From Octopus vulgaris (Eukaryota), in NCBI GenBank assembly GCA_951406725.2, contig OX597824.1, positions 77,748,001 through 77,812,000 on the forward strand: 64,000 bases of DNA, in the 5' to 3' direction. Below are positions 1 to 12,746 of the stretch, in pieces. The position numbers were made by a program, and so were the translations under genes. How positions within the stretch are numbered: the first letter of the stretch is position 1; each line of letters starts with the position of its first letter. The notes under the pieces were generated by a model. The model ran no database searches and was not told the DNA's origin. It was given only the letters and a program-made list of their open reading frames with translations.

Positions 1-613
1 AACGGCAGACGAAATACCTATTTCTTTATTACCCACAAGGAGCTAAACATAGAGGGAACAAACAAGGACAGACATAGGTATTAAGTCGATTACATCGACC
101 CCAGTTCGTAACTGGTACTTAATTTATCGACCCCGAAAGGATGAAAGGCAAAGTCGACCTCGGCGGAATTTGAACTCACAACGTAACGCAGACGAAATAC
201 CTATTTCTTTATTACCCACAAGGAGCTAAACATAGAGGGGACGAACAAGGACAGACATAGGTATTAAGTCGATTACATCGACCCCAGTTCGTAACTGGTA
301 CTTAATTTATCGACCCCGAAAGGATGAAAGGCAAAGTCGACCTCGGCGGAATTTGAACTCACAACGTAACGCAGACGAAATACCTATTTCTTTATTACCC
401 ACAAGGAGCTAAACATAGAGGGGACGAACAAGGACAGACATAGGTATTAAGTCGATTACATCGACCCCAGTTCGTAACTGGTACTTAATTTATCGACCCC
501 GAAAGGATGAAAGGCAAAGTCGACCTCGGCGGAATTTGCACTCACAACGTAACGCAGACGAAATACCGCTAAGCATTTCGCCCGGTGTGCTAACGCTTCT
601 GCCAGATCACCGC
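1..613 (-). mobile_element. tRNA-derived SINE family B, tandem multimer (one head plus at least 3 body units of 183 bp), runs off the window start
   Basis: The 183-bp unit restarts at 19, 202 and 385. The minus-strand head GGCGGTGATCTGGCAGAAGCGTTAGCAC...GAGTGCAAATTCC is box A/B-like and matches dispersed copies at 31172 and 39854. Confidence 0.9.
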
Positions 614-708
614 CTGTTTACCGTTATCACTTCACCGTAAATGATGTTCACCGCGAGAAAAGTTTACCGAGAAAATATACCCATAGAATCTCACAATTAA
701 TATTCTTT

Positions 709-887
709 ATTTGTTTCAGTCCTGTGACTGCGGCCATGCTGGAGCACCGCCTTTAGTCGAACAAATTGAGACCCCAGGACTTATTCTTTGTAAGCCTAGT
801 ACTTATTCTATCGGTTTCTAATGCCGAACTGCTAAGTGACGGGGACGTAAACACACGGTTGTCAAGCGATGTTTGGGGACAAACACA

Positions 888-973
<86 letters not shown>

Positions 974-1135
974 GACGGGCATCTTTCAGTTTCCGTTAAC
1001 CAGATCCACTCACAAGGCTTTGGTCGGCCCGAGGCTACAGTAGAAAACACTTGTCCAAGGTGCCACGCAGTGGGACGGAACCCGGAACCATGTGGTTGGT
1101 AAGCAAGCTACTTATCACACAGCCACTCCTGCGCC
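709..1135 (-). mobile_element. tRNA/CORE-like SINE family A with internal (TA)n(TG)n
   Basis: Head GGCGCAGGAGTGGCTGTGT..., CORE-like ACCTTGG(G/A)CAAGTGT segment and tail ...GACTGAAACAA are shared with more than 10 copies in the window. Confidence 0.9.
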
Positions 1136-1568
1136 TGTTAAAAACTATTTTATTTAATAGTTAAAAACTATTTTATTAATAGTTAAAAGCTGTTTTATTA
1201 AAAAAGAAACGTGAATCGATGATGGTGAACTTCCCCTGCGGTGAACTGATGACGGCGAACTTAACAGAAATAATGGTCGAAGCTGAATTGAATCTGATGA
1301 TAAAACTGTTCGATCGAGATCGACTGACTGTAAAATATGATCGTTAAGTACAGTTACAAAACTAACAACAAAGCTGTAGTGATAAAAATATTGTCTATTA
1401 AGATATGCAAGGTGACAAAGAACCTCTTATGAGGTTATATAATTTGCAAGAAATGGCAGTAAAATTATAGTCACACTCAAATGCATTTAAAACGAAAAGA
1501 GAAATGCTTTGGATAATATAGTTAAGACAAACTTTGTTTGTCTGAAAAATAGTATATAGTAGTTTATA

Positions 1569-1972
1569 GGCGTATGAGTGGCTGTGTGGTAAGTAGCTTG
1601 CTTACGAACCACATAGTTCCGGGTTCAGTCCCACTGCGTGGTACCGTGGGCAAGTGTCGTCTGCTATAGCCTCGGGCCGACCAAAGTCTTGTGAGTGGAT
1701 TTGGTAGACAGAAACTGAAAGAAGCCCGTCGTATATATGTATATATATATATATACATGTGTGTGTGTGTGTTTATGTGTTTGTGTTTGTCCCCCCAACA
1801 TCGCTTGGCAAACGATGCTGGTGTGTTTAAATCCCCGTCAACTAGCGGTTCGGCAAAAGAGACCGATAGAATAAGTACTTGTCTTACAAAGAATAAGTCC
1901 TGGGATCGATTTGCTCGACTAAAGGCGGTGCTACAGCATGACCAAAGTCAAATGATTGAAACAAGTAAAATA
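1569..1972 (+). mobile_element. SINE family A, full length
   Basis: Colinear with the copies at 20619, 53947 and 59068. Confidence 0.9.
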
Positions 1973-2264
1973 GTAAAAAAGTAGTAGTGTCTAAAATGAT
2001 TATAGGTCTGATGGATTAGAGATGAGCCAGAATTAAACATTAATAGGGACGGATGGGAAAACGAAACAGTTTTACATCACATAAGACAATGTACAGAGCT
2101 TCTCGTCATATTGCATAAGTAACCAACAGATTGACATGTACAAAGTAGAGACAACACATATACGTTAGATTATAAAATTTAATCCATCAGGTATTTAAAA
2201 GCTTATCAGGCAATAATTACGTCGTGGAGAAAAGACAAAATTAATGACATAACTAAATGACAAT

Positions 2265-2470
2265 CCAGCTAGCAGAATCCTTAGTACTCCGGGTAGAATG
2301 CTTAGTAGCTTTTCGTCTGTCTTTATGTTCTGAGTTCAAATTCTGCAGAGATCAACATTGCATTTCCATTTTTTCGGGATCGATGAAATAAGTACCAGTT
2401 AAACATTGGGGTGGATATAGTCGACTTGCCCCCTTCCATCATTAATTCCATTCTTTGTGTCTATAGTAGA
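2265..2470 (+). mobile_element. degraded SINE family B-related copy
   Basis: GTTCTGAGTTCAAATTCTG...TTTCGGGATCGATGAAATAAGTACCAG resembles the family B body. Confidence 0.6.
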
Positions 2471-3238
2471 AAGTATTATAATGATTCTTCCAGCAAAGTA
2501 AGGGAGAGAAGACCCGATTGAGTTTTCTACGTATTTTCTTGATGTGCTAGGAATAACAACTAAATATTATTCATATCCCACTCTGCGATCTTAAAAATGA
2601 CACTAGCGTGTGATATACAGAAAATAATAATGTATAGATAAATGGAAATACGTTAATTCTATCAATGAATTCGACATTAGATTTGCTCGATCAGCACTCA
2701 CATGGGATTAGAAAACAATGAAGAGCGCAATAACATCAACAGCTGCAACAACGATAAAAACAGCCATCTATTGTCTAATATTCTAATGCTAGAGATCTAT
2801 CTTACTATGACTGCTCTGCCAATTTCACTGAGTAAAGTCGATATCGAATGATTATCAGGGCAGAAGTTATTATCTTTATTAATTCTCTTATAACTCTTCG
2901 GTAACTGAGAGGTTGAGAAGAGCACATTGCAACAAAGCGGTTTCAGACCATCTACTATAGTCCCGGCTGGACCAGTTCCCCATGAGGGAATTTGTTTAAC
3001 AGAAACCGTGAGGAAGCCCGTTGTATGAATATACATACAGACGTACACACACACACACACACACACGCACACATACACACGTACACACACACACACATAT
3101 GTATATATATTTATATATCACCGTGATCACCGTGACCGACCAGCCTATCAGATGTTGCTACACATCACTGGGCACAATGCGCTTCGCATTGTTTTAGCTT
3201 TCAAATGAAGCCACTCCACTGGCTAAGCGAACAGACCA

Positions 3239-3320
<82 letters not shown>

Positions 3321-3596
3321 GGGCTACGTCTGGGTGGGTTTGTGTGTGCGGCTATGTGGTTAGAAGGAACCGATAGAATAAGTCCTGGGGTCGATTTGGT
3401 CGACTAAATCCTTCCAGAGCAGTGCCCTAGCATAGCCACAGTCAAATTACTGAAACAAGTAAAAGATAAACGATATAGATAGGTAGACAGATAGATATAT
3501 ATACATATATATTTTCTTTTTTTTATTTATTTCCTCCGCCTCACTCTATTTTATATCTTATCTAAATTAACTGTTTCTTAACCATCCTCTCAATCC

Positions 3597-3648
3597 GTCT
3601 CCGATGAAGGGATATAATTAATAAATATCCTGGAAACAGCTGTAAGAC
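3597..3648 (+). ncRNA. minimal type-I hammerhead-ribozyme-like motif in a ~190-bp repeat (about 3525-3715)
   Basis: gtct-CCGATGA-a-gggatat..atatcct-g-GAAA-C-AGCT-G-TA-agac. Stem I is gtct/agac, stem II is present, stem III is palindromic and the triplet is GUA. The core is CCGAUGA rather than CUGAUGA. Confidence 0.65.
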
Positions 3649-4147
3649 CTTCTATCTATAAATGTTCTCAAGTTTACACAGCCTTGTTTTTTTTTATCTC
3701 ATTACGAAATAAAATTTATATATATATATACTCAAGGATAAAATCGTTTATCAAGTAGCCAGCATGTATTAAAACGATACAGGTATCAGATAATATAAAA
3801 TATATAATTATGTAAATATAATTATAATGAGGGTACTAATGAGTAGCTCCACATGCTAGAAATAGATGCCAAACGGCTCGAAGTAATACATTATTTACCT
3901 CTTTAGCACGGGCTGACAGTGAAGGAAGTGAACAAAAAAGATGTTTTAAAAGAAGGGTTTCGCCATAGATCGATTTCTAGTTAACGATGTAAATCTCTTT
4001 ACTATCATTAGTATAGTACAACTCATTGTTCATAATTATAAACATCAATACATACCCATACGAATAATATGTATCCACAAGCGCATAAAAAAATGTTCAC
4101 ATTCATATACCACGTGGGTATACGACCAAAAATAATACTGGAGTGGA

Positions 4148-4483
4148 TATACTGGTCGGAGTAATTTATATTTATGTAAGACTAAATAAAAAGTAAGCAA
4201 CGTTTTGTACCGTGAAATTCATCACAATATATTTCAACAATGCGCAAATTTTATTCATTAAAGTACGTACCTTTACAATTAATACATATTTGCCAACGAG
4301 TTACAAGCTTGTTTATTCCGGTAACATAAAAATCTGGAGTTCTGGAAGCGATGAACTCTTTGAACGCACTTTTACTTTCGGTTTGATTTTTGAACTCTTT
4401 CTCTCGTAGGAAGCCATCAAGGGGATTGAAAAAGTGGTGGTCGGTAGGAGAAAGATCTAGAGAATAAGCTCGGCGAGGAAGTG
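4148..4483 (-). mobile_element. mariner transposase 3' remnant with probable TIR
   Basis: Minus-strand translation LPRRAYSLDLSPTDHHFFNPLDGFLREKEF...FYVTGINKLVTRWQICINCKGTYFNE* matches the mariner YSPDLAPSD motif and C-terminus. Confidence 0.85.
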
Positions 4484-4484
4484 C

Positions 4485-4865
4485 TGCACCTCAAGGAAGT
4501 GTTTCTACTATGGCCTCAGGCCACCAAAGGCTTGTGAGTGTATTTGGCAAATGGAAACTGAAGAAGTCCATCGTATAAATGTGTGTGTGGATGTGTGTGT
4601 GTCTTTGTATCTGTGTTTATCTTCTTCCGTACCACCACCGCTTGACAACCATTAGTGTGTTTGCTTCTCCCGGTGTGTTGCTATGTTGGTGTGTTTTCGT
4701 CTCCTTGTAACCTAGCGGTTCGGCAAAAAAGAGAGCGATAGAATAAGTACCAGTCTAAGAAGCATAAATACTGGGTAGATTTACACGGCTAAAATAAATT
4801 CAAAGCGGTTGCCAAAGCATGGGCGCAGTCTAATGAAACAAGCAAAAGGTGAAAGATAAAAGATA
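4485..4865 (+). mobile_element. SINE family A, 5'-truncated and diverged
   Basis: Similar to the family A body and tail. Confidence 0.7.
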
Positions 4866-5503
4866 GTATTAAAATTGTTTTGAAAATACATATAAATATA
4901 TTCAATAGGTAAGATATAGGAGGGGATATAGAGATTAAATTAGGAGATAATATTAAACAATAGTAATTTTTAAATAGGGTTAAAAGCTCAAATACCACAC
5001 AAAAATGCATGGACCTTCATTTTAATCGAATTCTGTATATATATAGGATCCCATCGCACTGTCTTATGCAGTCAGAAAGTTGCTTCAACAATTGGCTTTA
5101 AAATATTAAGATATGGCTCGCAAAATTAATAACCTGTTTGAGCTTCCATAGACTGCTTGTATATACATAAGATCATGTTTTCAAAAATTGATTTGAGACT
5201 CCATAGTTCTCTTATACAATTTGTATTCTGTCATAAAAATTTGTTTCCAAAATTAATAACCTGTTTGAACTACAATAGTCCTATCATATTGTCAGTTACC
5301 AGTTTTTAAAAACCAGCTTGTAGAATTTATTGATTAGTTGAGCTTCCGTAGTTCTCTTAAAAAGATAATTGTTCGTTATATGAATTGGCTCCCAAAAATA
5401 ATAACCTATTTGAACTCCTTTTTATACCACCAGAAGCTTGTTTTAAAAATTGGCTCCACACAATGAAAACCATGTCCAACATTATCAATATATACATATA
5501 CAT

Positions 5504-5577
<74 letters not shown>

Positions 5578-5976
5578 GATGAAGCAATTAAACGTGCTGC
5601 CTATGTTACGGTACTTGTCTAATGACCGCTTCTCATCGACACAATTAATTACACTGATTAATTAAAGTCTAAAGGTACCATTGTAGAATAGATTTCAGAT
5701 ATGAAGGGATGAATACCTCGGGGATTCTATTGTAAAATTCGTTCTCTGAAATTAGTTCGTTTCACATTTATTGTTTAGCATCTGCTTGTAACGACACCCT
5801 GTGTTTGTATTCTATTCAAAATTTTAAACAGTTGCATGAGTATCCTACACCCATACACCCACACATATATATAGTTGTGTGTGTGTGCGTGTATGTGTGT
5901 GTGTGTGAGTATGAATTAACAAAATGAAATAAAAATCCAAGGCTGTGAAAGATTTCTCAGCATTTATAAATAGAAG

Positions 5977-6024
5977 GTCTTACAGTTGTTTCCGGGATAT
6001 TTTATATGTCCCATCATCGGAGAC
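5977..6024 (-). ncRNA. hammerhead-like motif, second copy of the 3597 repeat (about 5920-6105, opposite strand)
   Basis: Reverse complement reads gtct-CCGATGA-t-gggacat..atatcccg-GAAA-C-AACT-G-TA-agac. Flanks are homologous to 3525-3715. Confidence 0.6.
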
Positions 6025-6374
6025 GGCGTGAGAAGATAGTTAAGCCATAGTTATTCTAGAGAAGATAAGAAACAGAGAGTGAAGTGGAGGAATGAAAATA
6101 GACGTGATATTTACAAGGACATTGAATCTGCAGTTCCATTATTTAGGCAGAATGGTATACATATTAAGATTCCTATACCTTGTAAGTTCCGATAGTATTC
6201 AAAATTGGTCACTCCAAGCATAGAATTTGAAAACGGTGTTATTGAATCGAGGTTTTTTTTTTTAAGTGACTTTACAAACACATTCCCAACTTTGAAGTCA
6301 TATATGCATATATACACATTCACGCATAAGCATACGTACATATACATACAAACACAGCTACACATATACATATA

Positions 6375-6758
6375 TATTTCTTTATTGCCCACAAGGGCTA
6401 AACATAGAGGGGACAAACAAGGATAGACAAAGTGCGAAACAGGTACTTTATTTATCGACCCCGAAAGAATGAAAGGCAAAGTCGACCTCGGCGGAATTTG
6501 AACTCAGAACGTAACGACAGACGAAATACCTATTTCTTTATTACCCACAAGGGGCTAAACACAGAGGGGACTACCAAGGATAGACAAAGAGATTAAGTCG
6601 ATTACATCGACCCCCAGTGCGAAACAGGTACTTTATTTATCGACCCCGAAAGGATGAAAGGCAAAGTCGACCACGGCGGAATTTGAACTCAGAACTAACG
6701 ACAGACGAAATACCGCTAAGCATTTCGCCCGGTGCACTGACGAGTCTGCCAACACGCC
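6375..6758 (-). mobile_element. SINE family B dimer
   Basis: Two body units joined at 6530/6531 by the same junction as in 1-613; single head at the 6758 end. Confidence 0.9.
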
Positions 6759-7259
6759 TATACATATACTCACAACACATACATATATACATTTATGCTA
6801 ACGTTAATGGACGTATACGACTACGTACTTACACACATAAGCACACTTACACATACACGTACAGGAGTATACACAACTCAGAAAAACCCTCGATACACCT
6901 AAACACATACATACACTGACACATGCTTAGATAAGTATATATATACACACATATGTACACTAACGTAATATACATACAGCGACAAAAGCAGATATACATG
7001 TATATATATATATGTCGAAAGTTAAGTATTGAAAGGAACGCTAAAACTTGAAAATGCCGTTACGGAAATATAATTCATAAGGAGAGAAGCTATAGATAAA
7101 TAGAGAGGGGGAAAGATAAAGCAAAGTTAAAAGCGAGAGAGGAGCGGGCAAGATTGAATGCATAAAGGATGGGAAGAAAGGATGAATGGAGGAATAAAAG
7201 TTATGGGAATTTAGGATAAATAATGAAGAAAAAATAGAGGATAATTTACAGAAATTATT

Positions 7260-7955
7260 GTTAGGTGTAAGGTAGACACTATTTGGAAAAAGCGAAAGAA
7301 TGCTTCTTCCAATGTTTACACCTGTAGACTCGCCCCGTAAACGTGTTCACCATATTATGTTTGGAAAAAGTATTGAAAACTGTTTCTCCGCGCAAAGCAG
7401 ACAGAAAGATTTTCCTTTATCATAGGGAAATGATATAGATAAAATTTTCCTGTCTAAAGAAAAAAGTTTGTTAGAGTCTTTAAGGGTACCAGATTAGTTT
7501 CGTAAGCCCTGTGGAATTACGCTTACTATTCTATTTAAAGGTAGAGAAATGCTTAGCCAGTCTAAACCTATATGAAAATATTCCTGGTTAGCAGAGGTAA
7601 TCATGCATTGGTACACAACATTTTTAATTCGGCAGTCTTCATTTGGGACACAAGTTTTATTAGGGTCACAATTGCAAGGCTTAGTTTTATTGATATGATT
7701 TAAGGAGAGATTATCGTTAATATTATTGTTAATGTGATTAAAGTTGCTAGGGTTATTAGGAGAGACACTATAACCTTTTAGAACACGGCAGTTATGGGAT
7801 GCTATAATGTGTGATGCTGTATGTTGAAAATTGAGTGGTAGTTTGATTTAATAAGGAAGTTCCTTTCTATAGCTTGAGGAAATAAGAGAAGGTTACATTT
7901 TACTTGTTTACCGTAGGGAATAATCAACCAAATATTCAACGTTGCTTTATCTTGT
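7260..7955 (-). pseudogene. Penelope-like element (PLE) linker and GIY-YIG endonuclease remnant
   Basis: Translation across frameshifts gives NIWLIIPYGKQVKCN..NF..YHSIFN; KPCNCDPNKTCVPNEDCRIKNVVYQCMITSANQEYFHIG; RLAKHFSTF..KRNSTGLTKLIW..LKDSN..PYDKGKSFCLLCAEK..RCKH. This is colinear with the PLE IWFNPPY / CNC / VVY-YIG / CxLC motifs. Confidence 0.85.
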
Positions 7956-8052
7956 ATGTTTGTATGGGTATATGTATATATGTGTATATGTATGTATACA
8001 TGTACGCATATGTATATATATATATATATATATATATTTAGACACACACGCT

Positions 8053-8088
<36 letters not shown>

Positions 8089-8290
8089 TATATATATATA
8101 TGGTCGTGACTCCTGGAACTTGATTGAAGAAAGAAAGCCACGAATGACCCGCCTTTTTGGGGCTGTCTTTCTAAATCTTCTTTCTCTTGTCCGCTTTTGT
8201 ATCGTCTATCTCTCCAGATGTTTTAATGTCCTCTATTGTGTTTTTGTTCCATTTATATATATATATACACACATATATATATATATATAT

Positions 8291-8354
<64 letters not shown>

Positions 8355-8478
8355 TTATCGCAACACATGTTGCGTGTATGTGTGTATGTGGGCGTGTTTG
8401 CATATGCATATATACGCGTCACAGTTTCTGGGGCATCATATATCTGTTAAAACGTCTATTTGATTACTACTATTATGT

Positions 8479-8572
8479 ATATCTTCACTGAAGAGATTGA
8501 TGCAAGACTGACCATTATTTATCCTGCCGGACATATTTTGGTTGCATCCATCGAAACATCTGTAGGACATAT
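8479..8572 (+). ncRNA. hammerhead-like motif with degenerate stem I
   Basis: CTGAAGA (8488-8494), stem II gattgatgcaa/ttgcatccatc, then GAAAC-ATCT-GTA (8553-8564). Confidence 0.55.
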
Positions 8573-8633
8573 CTTTAATAATATCTTGGACGTTTGTCTC
8601 CATTTTTCTTTTATTTTTACTATACGTATATTC

Positions 8634-8673
<40 letters not shown>

Positions 8674-8892
8674 TGCACGCGTGTGAGTAGTACAAAGAAA
8701 GCGTGGATATATCTTTGAAACTTCTACAACAATTGCTATCGTCAGATAGTCTGTTGAAGCCCATCGATCAAAGAAACTTTTGATATCTATGTGATATGTA
8801 TGCAAATAAAAGCATATGCATATATAAACATATATGTATATATATATATATGTATGTATATATATATAAATATATATATGTATATATATATG

Positions 8893-8923
<31 letters not shown>

Positions 8924-9049
8924 GTATCTATATATATATGATTGATTGATTGATTCTAGTTTCAGCTTATGAGCTGTGGCCATGCTGGGGCACCGCCATT
9001 ATATATATAAATATATATATAAATCTCTCTCTCTCTGTATATATATATG

Positions 9050-9084
<35 letters not shown>

Positions 9085-9107
9085 GTATGTATATATATAT
9101 GCATATA

Positions 9108-9165
<58 letters not shown>

Positions 9166-9599
9166 TGATTAAACGGAAAGACACATAAGCTTTCATGTGT
9201 GATCTTTTGCGCTTTTAACTTTATTTGAAAATTACTGTTATTTAATACTATCCCTTAATTTAATCCCTATACACTATTTCCACCTATTTTTATTCCCAAC
9301 TAAGTTCTATTATATTTTATTTTATATGTATTTTTTATATACTTTACAAGACTATTTATTTTATTAATATTGCTTCCTTTACAGTAATTACGTTAGTGAT
9401 GTTTACTTATCCTTTTATGTTTTGTGTTAACATTAGGATAATCAGCTTCCTGATCTAAGAGCCACCACCTGTATTGATATGAAACAACATATCTTTATCA
9501 GTACTGACCACGCGAAGTTAATTTTACCTAGTTTCACTCTTCTGTATATTGTATATATATATAAAGAGAACATTTGGTATGTATAGCTAGGTTTGAATC

Positions 9600-9840
9600 A
9601 TTAGTGTAACTATGATGTTCTGGTGACCGGATGAACTACGTTTCTGATATGCATTGATTTGTGAATACACAATTTTCTCGTATAATGTGTGGCATTCATA
9701 TTTATGTAGACATGTAAACATGACTTATTATGCACTGAAAATATTATTACCTGAAGAAGGTTGCGAAACGGTCATAATCCTATGGATAACAAGTGATTAA
9801 ATAGATATATTCATCTCTCATACATCCAGCCTGTTTATGG
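9600..9840 (+). repeat. interspersed repeat homologous to 17380-17625, carrying a degenerate hammerhead core
   Basis: Colinear similarity: ttattacCTGAAGAaggttgcGAAACGGTCataatcc versus ttattccATGATGAaggctgcGAACGGCCataatcc. Confidence 0.55.
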
Positions 9841-10034
9841 TTTACGTAAGCCTCATAAAATGAATTCGGATCTCCTGGATTTCATTTGAATGGAATTCCG
9901 CGTTATACTACTCTCTAGTGGATTAATATGTCGTCTGTTAGCCGAGTCCGCTAAAGGAGATCTGTGATATTGCCACACGATTCTATGAATCCATATATTA
10001 AACTACAGATTTCTATCTATCAATCAGTCAATGA

Positions 10035-10111
<77 letters not shown>

Positions 10112-10126
10112 CCTATCTATCTATCT

Positions 10127-10212
10127 CCCCCTTATTTTTTACCCCCAAAAGAAAAGCTCTACCTTGTAATTTGTTCTGTCTGTGTGCAGCCCTGTGTGGC
10201 TAATAAAGAAAC
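10127..10212 (+). mobile_element. extreme 3' fragment of the Tx1-like LINE, inserted in (TATC)n
   Basis: CCCCCAAAAGAAAAGCTCTACCTTGTAA..TGTGTGCAGCCCTGTGTGGCTAATAAAGAAAC matches the reverse complement of 31866-31940, with (TATC)n on both sides. Confidence 0.9.
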
Positions 10213-10235
10213 ATATCTATCTATCTATCTGTCAG

Positions 10236-10324
<89 letters not shown>

Positions 10325-10504
10325 ACATTTGTCTAGATCTCTCCATATGTGTGTGTGTGTGTGCAGGTGTTTGTGTGTGTGTGACAAAAATAACAATAAT
10401 CATCCTTGGATGGGATTTATAAATTTTTATAAATATTTAAATGCACCGCTACGTAAGAGAATATACGCTTTTATTTGCATATTCAAAACGTAAAAACGTT
10501 AATG

Positions 10505-10576
<72 letters not shown>

Positions 10577-10611
10577 CATTTATACACATATGCATATATA
10601 TATATATATGA

Positions 10612-10647
<36 letters not shown>

Positions 10648-10738
10648 ATACATATGTATATATATACATTCATATATATGTATACATATACATATATATA
10701 CATATAGACAAACATATATATATGAATATATATATATT

Positions 10739-10772
<34 letters not shown>

Positions 10773-11541
10773 CATACATACGCATACACATATACATATA
10801 TATATGAATATATATAATTGTATGCATTTGTGTGTCTAAATGCAGTATGATGCCATTTCTATATCAATTCAAATGTTATTTATTAAATGGAACTACAAAT
10901 GTACTTTTGTGGTAGCAACAGATCAAGACATTACGAAAATCTATATATGTTCGTACAGAGAATTCACTTTAAAAAATATCACCAAAAATATCTCACATTC
11001 TTGAAAAGCAAAAGTAAAAATTACACGTCATTGTAAAATACAGAAAACAGCTCAAATACTATGCGCATTAATTTTCTTGGTTTAATGCTTCAAAATTTGA
11101 CACAGAATGATTAATTATAGATGTCAGGGAAACGAAACGAATACTATTGCTCACGCATTTGAAAGAAACACGTCGTTCTAATATAGCGCCGTTATACATT
11201 CGTTCGACCTGCTTTTGTGTATTAGCTGCATCTCTCGAGTTATAACATAATATCTAAAGAGATTAAGACAGTGTTAATATATGGCACTGAACAACAATAA
11301 TTTAATTTGAAGAATATTATAAGGAATGAAGACCGATCCTTGTGGTAAGTTGATTTCGGAAATCGTAAATGGTCTATGTGGTGCTTTAGCATACGACATC
11401 AGAACGTCGACTTGGGATTCAATTGATAAACTAGCAGATTAAGAGTGTAGCAGAGTGTTAATTACTGTGTGTCGTGTATCAGCAAAGATTTTTGACTCCA
11501 TTCCCCACTACAAAGTTATAATTTATGCGCATATATATATG

Positions 11542-11627
<86 letters not shown>

Positions 11628-11758
11628 CATATATATGTATGTATATATATATGCATATATATGTAAATATATATGCATATACATACAAATATACATATAC
11701 ATACACACACACGCACACACATCCACATATATATACATATATATATAATATATATATG

Positions 11759-11832
<74 letters not shown>

Positions 11833-11841
11833 CAAAAATGT

Positions 11842-12387
11842 TCTTTGCCAATATACTGAAAAATAGACGCTAAATCGTCTAACCACATAATATGTTTTCA
11901 CATTTGATATTACACCACGTGCCAAAACAAGGAAAGAAAGCTAACAGAAATTCATATAAATATAGCTATACACGAATCGGATTTTTCCTTCTTCACCGAG
12001 GAACACAAAATAAAAATACCTTGTATTAGGAGTAAATTAATTCTCATTCACTTCGGAAAAGTTTAACCACTGCGTGCATTTTCTGACCGACTACACTTGG
12101 GCCGAGGCTTGCTACGGAATTGGGATTTGGATATATTTGGGTTACTTAAATGTATTTATGGTTTTGCATCAGCTTTTCTGTAGGTATGTCAAAGTATTTC
12201 ATTTATTTTCATTTTGTGTTCCTCGCTGATGTATCCAGAAATCGGAGCCGATTCGGGGATAACTATATTTTAATGAATTTCTGTTACCTTGATTTCTGTG
12301 TTTCAGTATGAGGTGTAATAATGAAAGGGAAAATATTTTATATGGTTAGACGATTTAGTGTCTACTTTTCAGCATATTGGGAAAGAA
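11842..12387. repeat. diverged fold-back element (~185-bp inverted arms) between (TA)n tracts
   Basis: 11842-12025 is the imperfect reverse complement of about 12200-12387 (e.g. CTAAATCGTCTAACCA / TGGTTAGACGATTTAG). Confidence 0.75.
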
Positions 12388-12508
12388 TTCTTATCTTTTT
12401 GCCCTTATTTATAATTGTATTTATAATTTTCACCTTAAAAGTTATTTTTCATATGTTGGTCACTGATACAACTTTTTAATAAAATTTTATCCTAATATCA
12501 GCAGTAGG

Positions 12509-12563
<55 letters not shown>

Positions 12564-12608
12564 ATGAAAGAGAGAATGTAAATAAGTAACAAGGATGTCC
12601 GGGTATCA

Positions 12609-12697
12609 ATGCATTACGGCCGTTTCGAGCGGCTTCATTTAATTGGTCAATGAAAACATTATATCAATTTGAATAAAACCGCTCTCCTCAAATTTAT
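12609..12697 (-). ncRNA. hammerhead-like motif
   Basis: Reverse complement reads TTGAGGA-gagcggttttatt...aatgaagccgctc-GAAAC-GGCC-GTA. Stem II is strong, stem III is palindromic and stem I is weak. Confidence 0.6.
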
Positions 12698-12746
12698 ATG
12701 ACCATATAGATTTCTGACACAAAGGACAAACCATTTTTAACTTATA

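Noticed and set aside
1-560. CRISPR-like or satellite array
   Set aside because: The units are contiguous near-identical SINE bodies with no unique spacers, in a eukaryotic context.
1137-1200. three ~21-bp tandem repeats
   Set aside because: A simple AT-rich local duplication with no further structure.
3833-3872. CTAATGA-gtagc..gcta-GAAA as a hammerhead
   Set aside because: Core G5 is missing and no stem III or stem I pairing could be drawn.
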